From: Ktedonobacterales bacterium
Lineage (GTDB): Bacteria > Chloroflexota > Ktedonobacteria > Ktedonobacterales > JADMIN01
Assembly: GCA_030167145.1 (NCBI GenBank)
Contig: CP126532.1
Location: 750,001 to 782,000 of the forward strand
Direction of reading: 5' to 3'
DNA: 32,000 nt
The position numbers and the translations under genes were made by a program. Below the pieces are notes generated by a model. It made no database searches. It worked only from the letters and a program-made list of their open reading frames with translations, and was not told where the DNA came from. How positions within the stretch are numbered: the stretch's first letter is position 1; each line of letters begins with the position of its first letter. Positions 16,892 through 24,602 of this stretch are shown in pieces.

Positions 16892-18565
16892 ATGAGCATG
16901 TCTTTCCCTGCACAGACCCGGCTGGTATTCGATCAGCGTGTGCCGATGCGCGATGGGGTGACGCTATCGGCTGATGTGATGTTTCCGGCGGGGGCGCCAG
17001 AGAATGGCAAGCGGTATCCAGCGATTGTGCTGCGGACGCCGTACATCAAGGCGAATCCGGTGACGTATGCGAATGCGCGCTACTTTGCTGAGCGCGGGTA
17101 TGTGTATGTGATGATGGATGTGCGGGGGCGGGGCGACTCGGATGGGGTATGGAAGCCGTATGTGCATGATGGACGCGATGGCTATGACGCTATCGAATGG
17201 GTTGCGGCTCAGGATTGGTCTAATGGCAAGGTGGGGACGCTGGGCGGCTCGTATCTGGGGCGCATCCAGTGGCTGGCAGCGCTGGAACAGCCGCCGCACC
17301 TGGGGGCGATGGTGGTGCTGGTGACGCCGTCGGATCCGTTCGTGGAGACGCCGACCGGGTTGCCGAGTCCGATGCATTTGTGCTGGGAGCACTTTGTGAG
17401 CGGGCGAGTATTACAGCCGATGGAGGCGGTGCAGTGGAGCGAGGTGTATGAGCATTTGCCGCTGCTGACGATGGATGAGCGGGCAGGGCGCGTGATGGCG
17501 AACTGGCGTGAGCAGATCGCGCACGCGCAGATGGATGAGTATTGGGATCGAATTTGCTACCAGAACCGATTCGAGCAGGTGAATGTGCCGGTGCTGCATA
17601 TATCGGGCTGGTATGATGACGAGCAGATTGGCTCACCCATGAATTATATCGGCATGACGACACGAGGGGCTGTGGAGGCGCGGGATAAGCAGCGGCTGCT
17701 GATGGGTCCGTGGGGCCATGCGTTGAATACTACGCAGAACTTGGGCGAGGTGGATTTTGGGCCGCTATCGCTGATTGATCTGAAGGGAGAGCAGGCGCGG
17801 TGGTTCGACCGCTGGCTGAAGGATGATGAGGATGCGGGCGGCGCGGCGGCGGTGACGATCTTCGTGATGGGCGAGAATGCGTGGCGGGATGAGGCGGAGT
17901 GGCCGCTGGCGCGGACACAGTTTACGCCGTTCTATTTGCATAGCGCGGGAAGGGCAAATAGTCGCTTTGGCGATGGGTCGCTGGCGACTGGCGCGCCAAC
18001 GGAGGATGAGCCGCACGATGGGTATCGCTATGATCCGGCGCGGCCTGTGCCGTTCGTGACAGAGCCAACATCGTCGCAGATCGGCGGGCCGGATGATTAT
18101 GCGGCGATTGAGCGGCGCGATGATGTGCTGGTGTATATGACGGAGCCACTGAGAGAAGATGTGGAGGTGACGGGGCCGGTGCGGGTAGAGCTGTACGCGG
18201 CGTCGTCGGCGCGGGATACGGATTTCATGGCGAAGCTGGTGGATGTGCATCCAGATGGATTCGTGCAGCGGCTGTGTGACGGGATGGTGCGGGCGCGGTT
18301 CAGGGCGGGGATGGAGCGGCCAGAGCTGATTGAGCCTGGGCAGGTCTACAAATATGGGATAGACTGCTGGAATACGGCGCAGGTTTTCAAGGCGGGGCAT
18401 CGTATTGGACTGGAGATTGCATCCTGCGCGTTTCCGAAGTATGACCGGAATCTGAATACGGGAGCGGAGCTGGGCGTAACCAGCGAGATGGTGGTGGCGG
18501 AGCAACGCATCTTGCATGATGCGGCGCACCCTTCGGCGGTGGTTTTGCCGATCATTCCGCGATAG
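16892..18565 (+). CDS. CocE/NonD-family hydrolase (X-Pro dipeptidyl-peptidase S15-like)
   Basis: VPMRDGVTLSADVMFP...YPAIVLRTPY...ERGYVYVMMDVRGRGDSDG...NGKVGTLGGSYLG (the GxSYxG nucleophile elbow) plus a C-terminal beta-sandwich-like region. Start uncertain: ATG 16892 is used here, and the ORF track begins at GTG 16871. Confidence 0.85.
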   Translation: MSMSFPAQTRLVFDQRVPMRDGVTLSADVMFPAGAPENGKRYPAIVLRTPYIKANPVTYANARYFAERGYVYVMMDVRGRGDSDGVWKPYVHDGRDGYDAIEWVAAQDWSNGKVGTLGGSYLGRIQWLAALEQPPHLGAMVVLVTPSDPFVETPTGLPSPMHLCWEHFVSGRVLQPMEAVQWSEVYEHLPLLTMDERAGRVMANWREQIAHAQMDEYWDRICYQNRFEQVNVPVLHISGWYDDEQIGSPMNYIGMTTRGAVEARDKQRLLMGPWGHALNTTQNLGEVDFGPLSLIDLKGEQARWFDRWLKDDEDAGGAAAVTIFVMGENAWRDEAEWPLARTQFTPFYLHSAGRANSRFGDGSLATGAPTEDEPHDGYRYDPARPVPFVTEPTSSQIGGPDDYAAIERRDDVLVYMTEPLREDVEVTGPVRVELYAASSARDTDFMAKLVDVHPDGFVQRLCDGMVRARFRAGMERPELIEPGQVYKYGIDCWNTAQVFKAGHRIGLEIASCAFPKYDRNLNTGAELGVTSEMVVAEQRILHDAAHPSAVVLPIIPR

Positions 18566-18568
18566 GGC

Positions 18569-18616
18569 GGGCAGACAGAAATGTCCGCCCCACTGGCAGA
18601 CAGAAATGTCCGCCCC
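18569..18616. repeat. Family A palindromic repeat, 2 tandem copies, 25-bp period
   Basis: GGGCAGACAGAAATGTCCGCCCC at 18569-18591 and GGCAGACAGAAATGTCCGCCCC at 18595-18616. The array starts 4 nt after the CocE-like stop codon (18563-18565). Confidence 0.9.
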
Positions 18617-18732
18617 ACCCAACTAATGGCAGAGGCCAGCGAGAGGCCAGCGGGGCGCCAGCGGTACAGGCAGATGGCGCTATACAATGGGGCCGGGTCA
18701 GTGAGCAATCCGTAGAAAGCGCGAGGGCAAAT

Positions 18733-20133
18733 ATGAGCGCAGCACGGCAGGCGGGTCAGGAGATCAGCGGTGCGGAGGCGGAGTTGCCGCGTGTCTCGCT
18801 GTGGCAGCAGATTGCTATCAATTTGTTCTGGTTTGCGAACAACATCCACTGGAATGCGCTGCTGGCGCTGATTATCCCGACAATGGTGGCGACGCAATTG
18901 CCTTTTGAAGATAAAGGGCTGAATCTGGCGCTGGTGCTGGCGCCGGGGACGGTGGTTGCCTTTCTGATCAATCCATTGACGGGGGCATTGAGCGATTACG
19001 CGCGGTTCAAGATGGGGCGTAGGCGTCCGTTCATGCTGATTGGCACGGCGCTGAATGTGGTGATGCTGCTGGCGATGGGTGTGCTGAGCTTACGGGCGGA
19101 TGGCACGCTGAGTGTGGCAACGGTGCTGGTGGGTTTCATGGTGCTGTTCGCGCTGTTGCAGGCGGCGAATAACTTCGCGAACTCGCCGTGGTCGGCGATC
19201 ATCGCGGATCTGGTGCCGGAGAAGCAGCGCGGCTCGGCATCGGGATTCTACGGCTTGATGACGCTACTGGGCACGGCGGTGGGGGTGGAACTGGCGGCGG
19301 CGCTGGTCCACACGAACGCGAATCCGGGCGAGCAGCCACCGAATACGCTGGCGTTTCGCCAGAGCTTGCTACTGGTGTTCGTGGTGCTGGCGGTGATTCA
19401 GGTGGTGTTCGTGGCGATTACGGTGGTGAGTGTGAAGGAGCATCCGCTGACAGAGCCAAAGCCATTTTCGTGGAAGGTGTTTCTGGCGCGTTTCAATCTG
19501 GAGCCGCGCAAGTATCCTGATTTCTCGTGGGTTTTGTTGACGCGGCTGCTGATTATGACGGGTATTTGGGCGATCAACTTCTTCCTGTTGTACTACTTCC
19601 AGGATGTGCTGGGGATTACGGGCGAGGGACACGGGGCGAGCGCGTTTGGGATCATTACGGTGGGGACGCCGCAGCAGGCGCAGGCAGTGTTCTTGCCGGT
19701 GGTGCTGGTGGCGGCGGCGCTGACGGTGTACTTCGCAGGGTGGTTGTCGGACAAGGTAGGGCGCAAGAAGCTGGTGTATCTGTCGGGGGCGATGATGACG
19801 GCGGTGGCGCTGATCTTCATTTTCGCCCAGAGTTTTCCGGCGGCGCTGGTGGCGGCGTTGTTCTTTGGGCTGGGGTTCGGGGCGTACACGAGCGTGGACT
19901 GGGCACTGGCGACGGATGTGTTGCCACCGACAGATGAGGCGGGCAAGAATATGGGGATCTGGTCAGCGGCGGGGATTATTCCGCAGGTGGTGGGGGTGGT
20001 GCTGGGGGGCACGCTGACCTTCACGTTGCAGAAGCTGCCGAACCATATCGGGTATGACGCGCTGTTCGGGGTGACGGTGGTGTTGTTCCTGCTGGGGACG
20101 CTGCTGGTGAAGCAGGTGAAGGGCGCGCGGTAG
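18733..20133 (+). CDS. MFS transporter (about 12 TM)
   Basis: 466 aa with hydrophobic helices throughout. There is a cytoplasmic-loop-like motif DYARFKMGRRRPF after TM2 (MFS GxxxDRxGRR-like) and a second half-loop WLSDKVGRKK. SD GAGGG upstream. Confidence 0.85.
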   Translation: MSAARQAGQEISGAEAELPRVSLWQQIAINLFWFANNIHWNALLALIIPTMVATQLPFEDKGLNLALVLAPGTVVAFLINPLTGALSDYARFKMGRRRPFMLIGTALNVVMLLAMGVLSLRADGTLSVATVLVGFMVLFALLQAANNFANSPWSAIIADLVPEKQRGSASGFYGLMTLLGTAVGVELAAALVHTNANPGEQPPNTLAFRQSLLLVFVVLAVIQVVFVAITVVSVKEHPLTEPKPFSWKVFLARFNLEPRKYPDFSWVLLTRLLIMTGIWAINFFLLYYFQDVLGITGEGHGASAFGIITVGTPQQAQAVFLPVVLVAAALTVYFAGWLSDKVGRKKLVYLSGAMMTAVALIFIFAQSFPAALVAALFFGLGFGAYTSVDWALATDVLPPTDEAGKNMGIWSAAGIIPQVVGVVLGGTLTFTLQKLPNHIGYDALFGVTVVLFLLGTLLVKQVKGAR

Positions 20134-20222
20134 TGGTCGTACACCTCGACGGCTGTACGCGGGCGTGCTATGATGAACGGAACAATACCTCGCCAGTTTT
20201 TTGGCGCTAGGAAGGCCTACAC

Positions 20223-20861
20223 ATGGGCGAACTCCAGCGGGTCGTGCTGGCTACGACCAATCCGCATAAGATTCAGGAGTTCCGTGAGATTCTGGCGTCG
20301 GCGCCGTGCGCGCTGGTTAGCCCTGATGAGCTAGGGATGACTGTACGCATGGAGGAGACAGGGGCGACGTTCGCGGAGAATGCGGTGCTGAAGGCGCTGG
20401 CGTATGCGGAGACGGTGGGGTTGCCTGCGCTGGCCGATGATTCGGGGCTGGAGATTGACGCGCTGCATGGCGAGCCGGGGGTGTATTCGGCGCGATGGGC
20501 GGGCGAGGGAACGCCCTATACGGAGCGATTTCGTATACTGAATGAGCGGCTGAGCGATGTGCCGGATGAGCAGCGCACTGCGCGCTATCGCTGCGTGATC
20601 GCGCTGGCGGAGCCGACGCCGCGCGGCCTCTATGCGGTGGTGGCGGGGACGCTGGAAGGACGGATCGCACGTGAAGCGCGCGGAACCGGCGGCTTCGGCT
20701 ACGATCCGATTTTTTACGTCCCTGAGCAAGGGCGAACGGTCGCGGAGATGCCATCTGAAGAGAAACATGCGATTAGCCATCGGGGCCGGGCGGCTGCCGC
20801 TGTGCTTGGGCCACTCGTGCGGATGCTCGACCAAAGGGCATACAGCATATCTCGCGACTAG
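20223..20861 (+). CDS. rdgB: RdgB/HAM1-family non-canonical purine NTP pyrophosphatase
   Basis: VLATTNPHKIQEFREIL, ADDSGLEIDALHGEPGVYSARWAG and GFGYDPIFYVPE..RTVAEMPSEEKHAISHRGRA are the conserved RdgB blocks. Confidence 0.9.
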   Translation: MGELQRVVLATTNPHKIQEFREILASAPCALVSPDELGMTVRMEETGATFAENAVLKALAYAETVGLPALADDSGLEIDALHGEPGVYSARWAGEGTPYTERFRILNERLSDVPDEQRTARYRCVIALAEPTPRGLYAVVAGTLEGRIAREARGTGGFGYDPIFYVPEQGRTVAEMPSEEKHAISHRGRAAAAVLGPLVRMLDQRAYSISRD

Positions 20862-20953
20862 GCAACGGGCGTCTGCGGACGCCCCTACAAGGCAATAGGC
20901 GTACATCCTACGCATCTACACGACAATGGGCGTCCACCGGACGCCCCTACCAA
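20861..20953. repeat. Family B palindromic repeat, 3 tandem ~30-bp units (middle one diverged)
   Basis: GGCAACGGGCGTCTGCGGACGCCCCTACAA / GGCAATAGGCGTACATCCTACGCATCTACAC / GACAATGGGCGTCCACCGGACGCCCCTACCAA. The hairpins are GGGCGTC-N4-GACGCCC (20867-20884 and 20928-20946). The array fills the rdgB to dinG-like gap. Confidence 0.85.
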
Positions 20954-20972
20954 ATTAGAATGAGAAGACGGA

Positions 20973-23945
20973 GTGTCCACACAGCCTGTGCGCGTGGCGA
21001 TTGATCTGGAGACGACGGGGTTGCAGCCGGAGTCGGACGCGATTATCGAGATTGGCGCGCTGAAGTTTGCTGGCGATGAGGTGCTCGATACGTTCGAGAC
21101 GCTGGTAGCGCCTGGGGTGGCGATTCCGTATCGTGTGCAACGACTCACCGGTATTACGGCGGAGAAGTTGCGCGGCGCGCCGCCACTGGCTGAGGTGCTG
21201 CCACGGCTACGCAGTTTCCTCGGCGAATTGCCGCTGGTGGGGCATAGTGTGCCATTTGATGCGGCGTTTCTGCGACGCGCGGGATTGGCGCGGCGCAACC
21301 GGCTGGTGGATACGTATGAACTGGCGTCGGCGCTGCTGCCTGGACTGCCCAGCTATACGCTGGCGGGGGTGGGGGCGGCGCTGGGGGTGGTCAGCCCGAC
21401 CTATCACCGGGCGCTGGCGGATGCACAGCTCTCACGCGATGTGTTTCTGGCGCTGCTGCGGCGCTTGCATGGGCTGGACGCGAGCACACTGATGGCGCTG
21501 GGCGGGCTGGCGGTGTCTCCGGAATGGACGCCGGGGTATTTCGTACACCAGGCGTTACGCGAACGGCACATCAGCTTGCCGAACGCGAGCGGTGGTGGTG
21601 GGCGGGCAACGATCGGCGATATGCTGGCAGCGAAGCTCGACATTGATCCGGTGGTGTTGTCGCTGGCTGTCGCGCGTGATGCAGGGGACACGCCGGATGC
21701 GACGCAGGCTCTGGCGGTGGGCACGGGGGAGGGTCCAGAGGTGGCGTTGGGGGAGGCGGGCACACGGCTGCGACAGAGCATTACGGCGCATGTACGCGAG
21801 GGGCTGACGGCCGGTGGGGTGTCGTTGGTGGAGGCGCAGAACGAAGACGATGGATTGATCGCTTGCCTGGTTGCCGCGCTGGAATGGCTGCGCGATGGGG
21901 ATGGCACGATGGTGGTGAGCGCGGCGAATGGCGAGGGAATCGAACGGCTGAGGGGGAGGGTGCTTCCGCGCGCATTCGAGGTGACGAGGATCGCGCCTGA
22001 GAGCATCGCGGTGGCGCAGGTGGAGGATCAGGAATCATACGCCTGTTTGCATCGCTGGTTTGGCGCGGCGCGGGCGTCGTGGAATGGGACGTTGTCGCGG
22101 GAGTTGTCGCGCGGGCTGGCGCGGCTGGCGGTGTGGTTGCCGGAGACGCAGAGCGGATCTGCTGGTGAGGTGGCGCTGGGCGGGCAGGACATCGCCGGGT
22201 GGGATCGAGTGCGCGCGGGGGAGGAGTTCGCGGATTCGAGCGCGAAGTGTAGCTATCGCCGTGAGGGTTATTGCTTCATGGCGCGGGCGGAAGAGGCGGG
22301 GAAGCAGGCGCGGTTAGTGCTGACGACGCACCGGGCGCTGGCCGCGCACCTGGCGGGGAATTCGACGATGCTGCCAGACGCGCGGCAGGTGATGGTGGTG
22401 GATGCACATCTGTTGGAAGAAGAGTTGCGCCAGGCGCAGAGTGGGGCGCTGGCGCAGCGGGAGTTGCTGGGGCATCTGGCGGCGCTGGCGGAGGTGGGCG
22501 CACACGGCGAGCGCGGCGGATTGCTGTATCTGGCGGCGCACGGATTGGAGCAGCGCGGCGGGACGGCGCACCTACGGAACTGGTGCGCGCAGGTGGAGCG
22601 GGCACAACAAGCGGCAGAGCGGTTCTTCCTGGGGCTGCATGGATTGTTGGTGGAGGCGAAGGGTGATCCGGAAGGCAGTGGCGTGGGGGAGTCGCCAGAG
22701 CAGAGAACGCTGCGGCTGGATGCGGATGCGCAGCGGCTGCTGGCATGGGACGAGGTGACGCGGGCGTGGGAGGCGCTGGCGGGGCAGTTAACGAATGTCT
22801 CCAAGCTGGCGCGCGAGGTGGCGCAGAGTCTGGTGAAGGCGCGCGGCGCGAAGGCGTCGGCGGCGAGCGATGGCGTAGCAACGGATCTGCTGGGGTATGC
22901 GCGGCGTTTCGATGCGGCGCGGATGCGGGGGGATGCGTTGTTGCGTGGGGGAGCAGACGCGAATACAGTGGCGTGGCTGCGCGTGCCCTATGGAATGGAT
23001 GGGAATGGGCAGGGACGCAGCGAGGGGAATGGGCGTGGGCGTGGTGAGGGGAACCGGCGGAATCGGGCGGGCCGGAATGATACCGCGCAGGGGCACGCCA
23101 CGTCTTCTGATGGCGTAGGTGAGCCAGAGGCCCTGGAGGCGCCGGTGCTGTATAGCGCGCCGGTGCGAGTTGGGGAGCGGCTTGCGCCGCTGTGGCGGCC
23201 AGGGCATGGGTTGGTGCTGGCTGCGCCCGCGCTGGCAGTCGGCGGGGATTTCGCGTATGCACGCGGGACGTTGGGGTTGCCGGAGACGACGCAGGCGTTC
23301 GGGCCGGAGATGGAACGGGGAGAGCAGACGCTGCTGTGTTTGCCGGATGATGTGCCGGAGCCGAATGCGCCACAGTTTCAACGACGGCTGGATGAGGCGT
23401 TGATTGCGCTGGCGACGACGCTGGAAGGGCGGTTGGTGGCGATCTTTCCGTCGCATGCGGCGTTGCGCTCTAGCGCGCAGGGCATACGCAAGGCGCTGGA
23501 ACGGCGGAATATTCTGGTGCTGGCGCAGGGACAGGATGGATCGGCGCGGCAACTGTGGCATACGTTCCGCTCGGAGCAGCGGGTGGTGCTGCTGGGCGCG
23601 GGCGCGTTCTGGGAGGGCGCGGAGCAGACGGTGGCGCCACCGACGTGTGTGGTGGTGACGCGGGTGCCGTTCCCGGCGCTGAGCGATCCGCTGCTGGCGG
23701 CGCGGGCGGAGCGGTGGTCTGATCCGCAGAACCAGTTTGTGACGCCACACGCGGCACTGAAGCTGCGCTATGCGCTGGGCGGGCTGGCATGGAGCCATAC
23801 GCGGCGCAACGCGGTGGTGCTTTTCGATAAGCGCTTGCAGACGCGCGATTATGGGTCGGTGATTCTGGGGACATTGCCGCGCTGCACGAATTATCAGGAG
23901 CCGATGGCGCAGATTACGGAGCGGGTGGCCGAATGGGTGAATTAG
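20973..23945 (+). CDS. dinG: DnaQ-type 3'-5' exonuclease fused to a DinG/XPD-like helicase-fold region with degenerate ATPase motifs
   Basis: GTG start. DEDDh exonuclease motifs are present: AIDLETTG (aa 9-16), HSVPFDAAFL (aa 91-100) and YHRALADA (aa 144-151). The C-terminal helicase_C_2-like block is LLGAGAFWEGAEQ...VVVTRVPFPALSDPLLAAR. The overall architecture resembles Firmicute-type exonuclease-DinG. Confidence 0.8.
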   Translation: MSTQPVRVAIDLETTGLQPESDAIIEIGALKFAGDEVLDTFETLVAPGVAIPYRVQRLTGITAEKLRGAPPLAEVLPRLRSFLGELPLVGHSVPFDAAFLRRAGLARRNRLVDTYELASALLPGLPSYTLAGVGAALGVVSPTYHRALADAQLSRDVFLALLRRLHGLDASTLMALGGLAVSPEWTPGYFVHQALRERHISLPNASGGGGRATIGDMLAAKLDIDPVVLSLAVARDAGDTPDATQALAVGTGEGPEVALGEAGTRLRQSITAHVREGLTAGGVSLVEAQNEDDGLIACLVAALEWLRDGDGTMVVSAANGEGIERLRGRVLPRAFEVTRIAPESIAVAQVEDQESYACLHRWFGAARASWNGTLSRELSRGLARLAVWLPETQSGSAGEVALGGQDIAGWDRVRAGEEFADSSAKCSYRREGYCFMARAEEAGKQARLVLTTHRALAAHLAGNSTMLPDARQVMVVDAHLLEEELRQAQSGALAQRELLGHLAALAEVGAHGERGGLLYLAAHGLEQRGGTAHLRNWCAQVERAQQAAERFFLGLHGLLVEAKGDPEGSGVGESPEQRTLRLDADAQRLLAWDEVTRAWEALAGQLTNVSKLAREVAQSLVKARGAKASAASDGVATDLLGYARRFDAARMRGDALLRGGADANTVAWLRVPYGMDGNGQGRSEGNGRGRGEGNRRNRAGRNDTAQGHATSSDGVGEPEALEAPVLYSAPVRVGERLAPLWRPGHGLVLAAPALAVGGDFAYARGTLGLPETTQAFGPEMERGEQTLLCLPDDVPEPNAPQFQRRLDEALIALATTLEGRLVAIFPSHAALRSSAQGIRKALERRNILVLAQGQDGSARQLWHTFRSEQRVVLLGAGAFWEGAEQTVAPPTCVVVTRVPFPALSDPLLAARAERWSDPQNQFVTPHAALKLRYALGGLAWSHTRRNAVVLFDKRLQTRDYGSVILGTLPRCTNYQEPMAQITERVAEWVN

Positions 23946-23992
23946 CGAGGGTGGGCGGGTGGTTTGGGAGCGGGCGGTGGAACCCGCGCGGC

Positions 23993-24060
23993 GGGCGTCC
24001 TCGTCGGAACGGCTCGGAGGGGCTGCGCGCTCGGAGGGGCTGCGCTCCGCTTGCCCTACG
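23993..24060. repeat. Truncated family B arm plus family C module (with internal 17-bp duplication)
   Basis: GGGCGTCC followed by TCGTCGGAACGGCTCGGAGGGGCTGCGC[GCTCGGAGGGGCTGCGC]TCCGCTTGCCCTACG. It aligns to 28017-28060 with about 4 mismatches apart from the bracketed duplication. Confidence 0.8.
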
Positions 24061-24071
24061 CATGTCATGGC

Positions 24072-24158
24072 GAGCAGACAAGAATGTCCGCCCCACCCGT
24101 AGCGGGCAGACAAGAATGTCCGCCCCACCCGTAGCGGGCAGACAAGAATGTCCGCCCC
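24072..24158. repeat. Family A palindromic repeat, 3 tandem copies, 32-bp period
   Basis: G(A/G)GCAGACAAGAATGTCCGCCCCACC(C/T)GT at 24072, 24104 and 24136, about 125 nt after the dinG-like stop. Confidence 0.9.
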
Positions 24159-24324
24159 ACCTGTGACCGCGAAACCTCCTTGCGCGGGTTGGGCAGCGAG
24201 GCAGGATCCGAAAGACCCTGATGGGATAGCGGGGCGATGAGCGAATACGCTGTGGATGCGGTATACTATGGTGATGAAGTCGCGCACGCCCGAAGCGAGG
24301 CGGCGCACAGGAGGATAGAAGCCC

Positions 24325-24474
24325 ATGGACCGGCGTGGACGTATCCGGCTGAGCACGATGGAAATTGTGCTGATTGGCACGCTACTCGGCTCGTTGCTGC
24401 TAGGCCTGTTGCAGGCGTATCAGTACGAGCGGTCGCTGCGTGGGGAGCGTGAGGGAGACGGCGACCGGCATTAA
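24325..24474 (+). CDS. Candidate small single-TM protein (49 aa); below the ORF-track length cutoff
   Basis: ATG 24325 is preceded by AGGAGGA with a 7-nt spacer. Hand translation gives MDRRGRIRLSTMEIVLIGTLLGSLLLGLLQAYQYERSLRGEREGDGDRH: a basic N-terminus, one hydrophobic helix and a charged tail. It is followed 13 nt later by a hairpin. Confidence 0.35.
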   Translation: MDRRGRIRLSTMEIVLIGTLLGSLLLGLLQAYQYERSLRGEREGDGDRH

Positions 24475-24486
24475 CGGGGTAGTATC

Positions 24487-24525
24487 GCGCCCCATCCGCC
24501 TGCGTGTGCGCGGGAGGGTGGGGCG
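24487..24525 (+). other. Hairpin GCGCCCCATCC-N18-GGGTGGGGCG in the prfA leader (same arms as the prfA terminator)
   Basis: The arms at 24487-24497 and 24516-24525 are identical in sequence to the arms at 25721-25731 and 25741-25750. No T-tract follows this copy. Confidence 0.6.
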
Positions 24526-24602
24526 TCCGTGTGCCCAGTGAGTTGAGTTGTCGTGGGGAGAAGACCTGAGCGTGATGATCGCGCGGAGGAGCGTTAGCTG
24601 AT

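Noticed and set aside
15732-16913. 393-aa minus-strand ORF opposite the 16041..16631 gene and the repeat arrays.
   Set aside because: The translation is Arg/Pro/His/Gln-rich and low in complexity, and it reads through family A repeats and the microsatellite. The plus-strand frame has balanced composition, an SD and a TM helix.
22276-24380. Long minus-strand ORFs 22276..23373 (365 aa) and 22788..24380 (530 aa) antisense to the dinG-like gene.
   Set aside because: The translations are extreme Pro/Ala/Arg/His low-complexity sequence. They are antisense to a frame with recognisable exonuclease and helicase-fold motifs, which is the typical high-GC shadow-ORF pattern.
24237-24452. 71-aa ORF from the track (MSEYAVDAVYYGDE...).
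   Set aside because: It has no SD and an Ala/His/Arg-biased sequence. It overlaps, in another frame, the 49-codon ORF that has a strong AGGAGGA SD and a clean TM helix, and that ORF is preferred.
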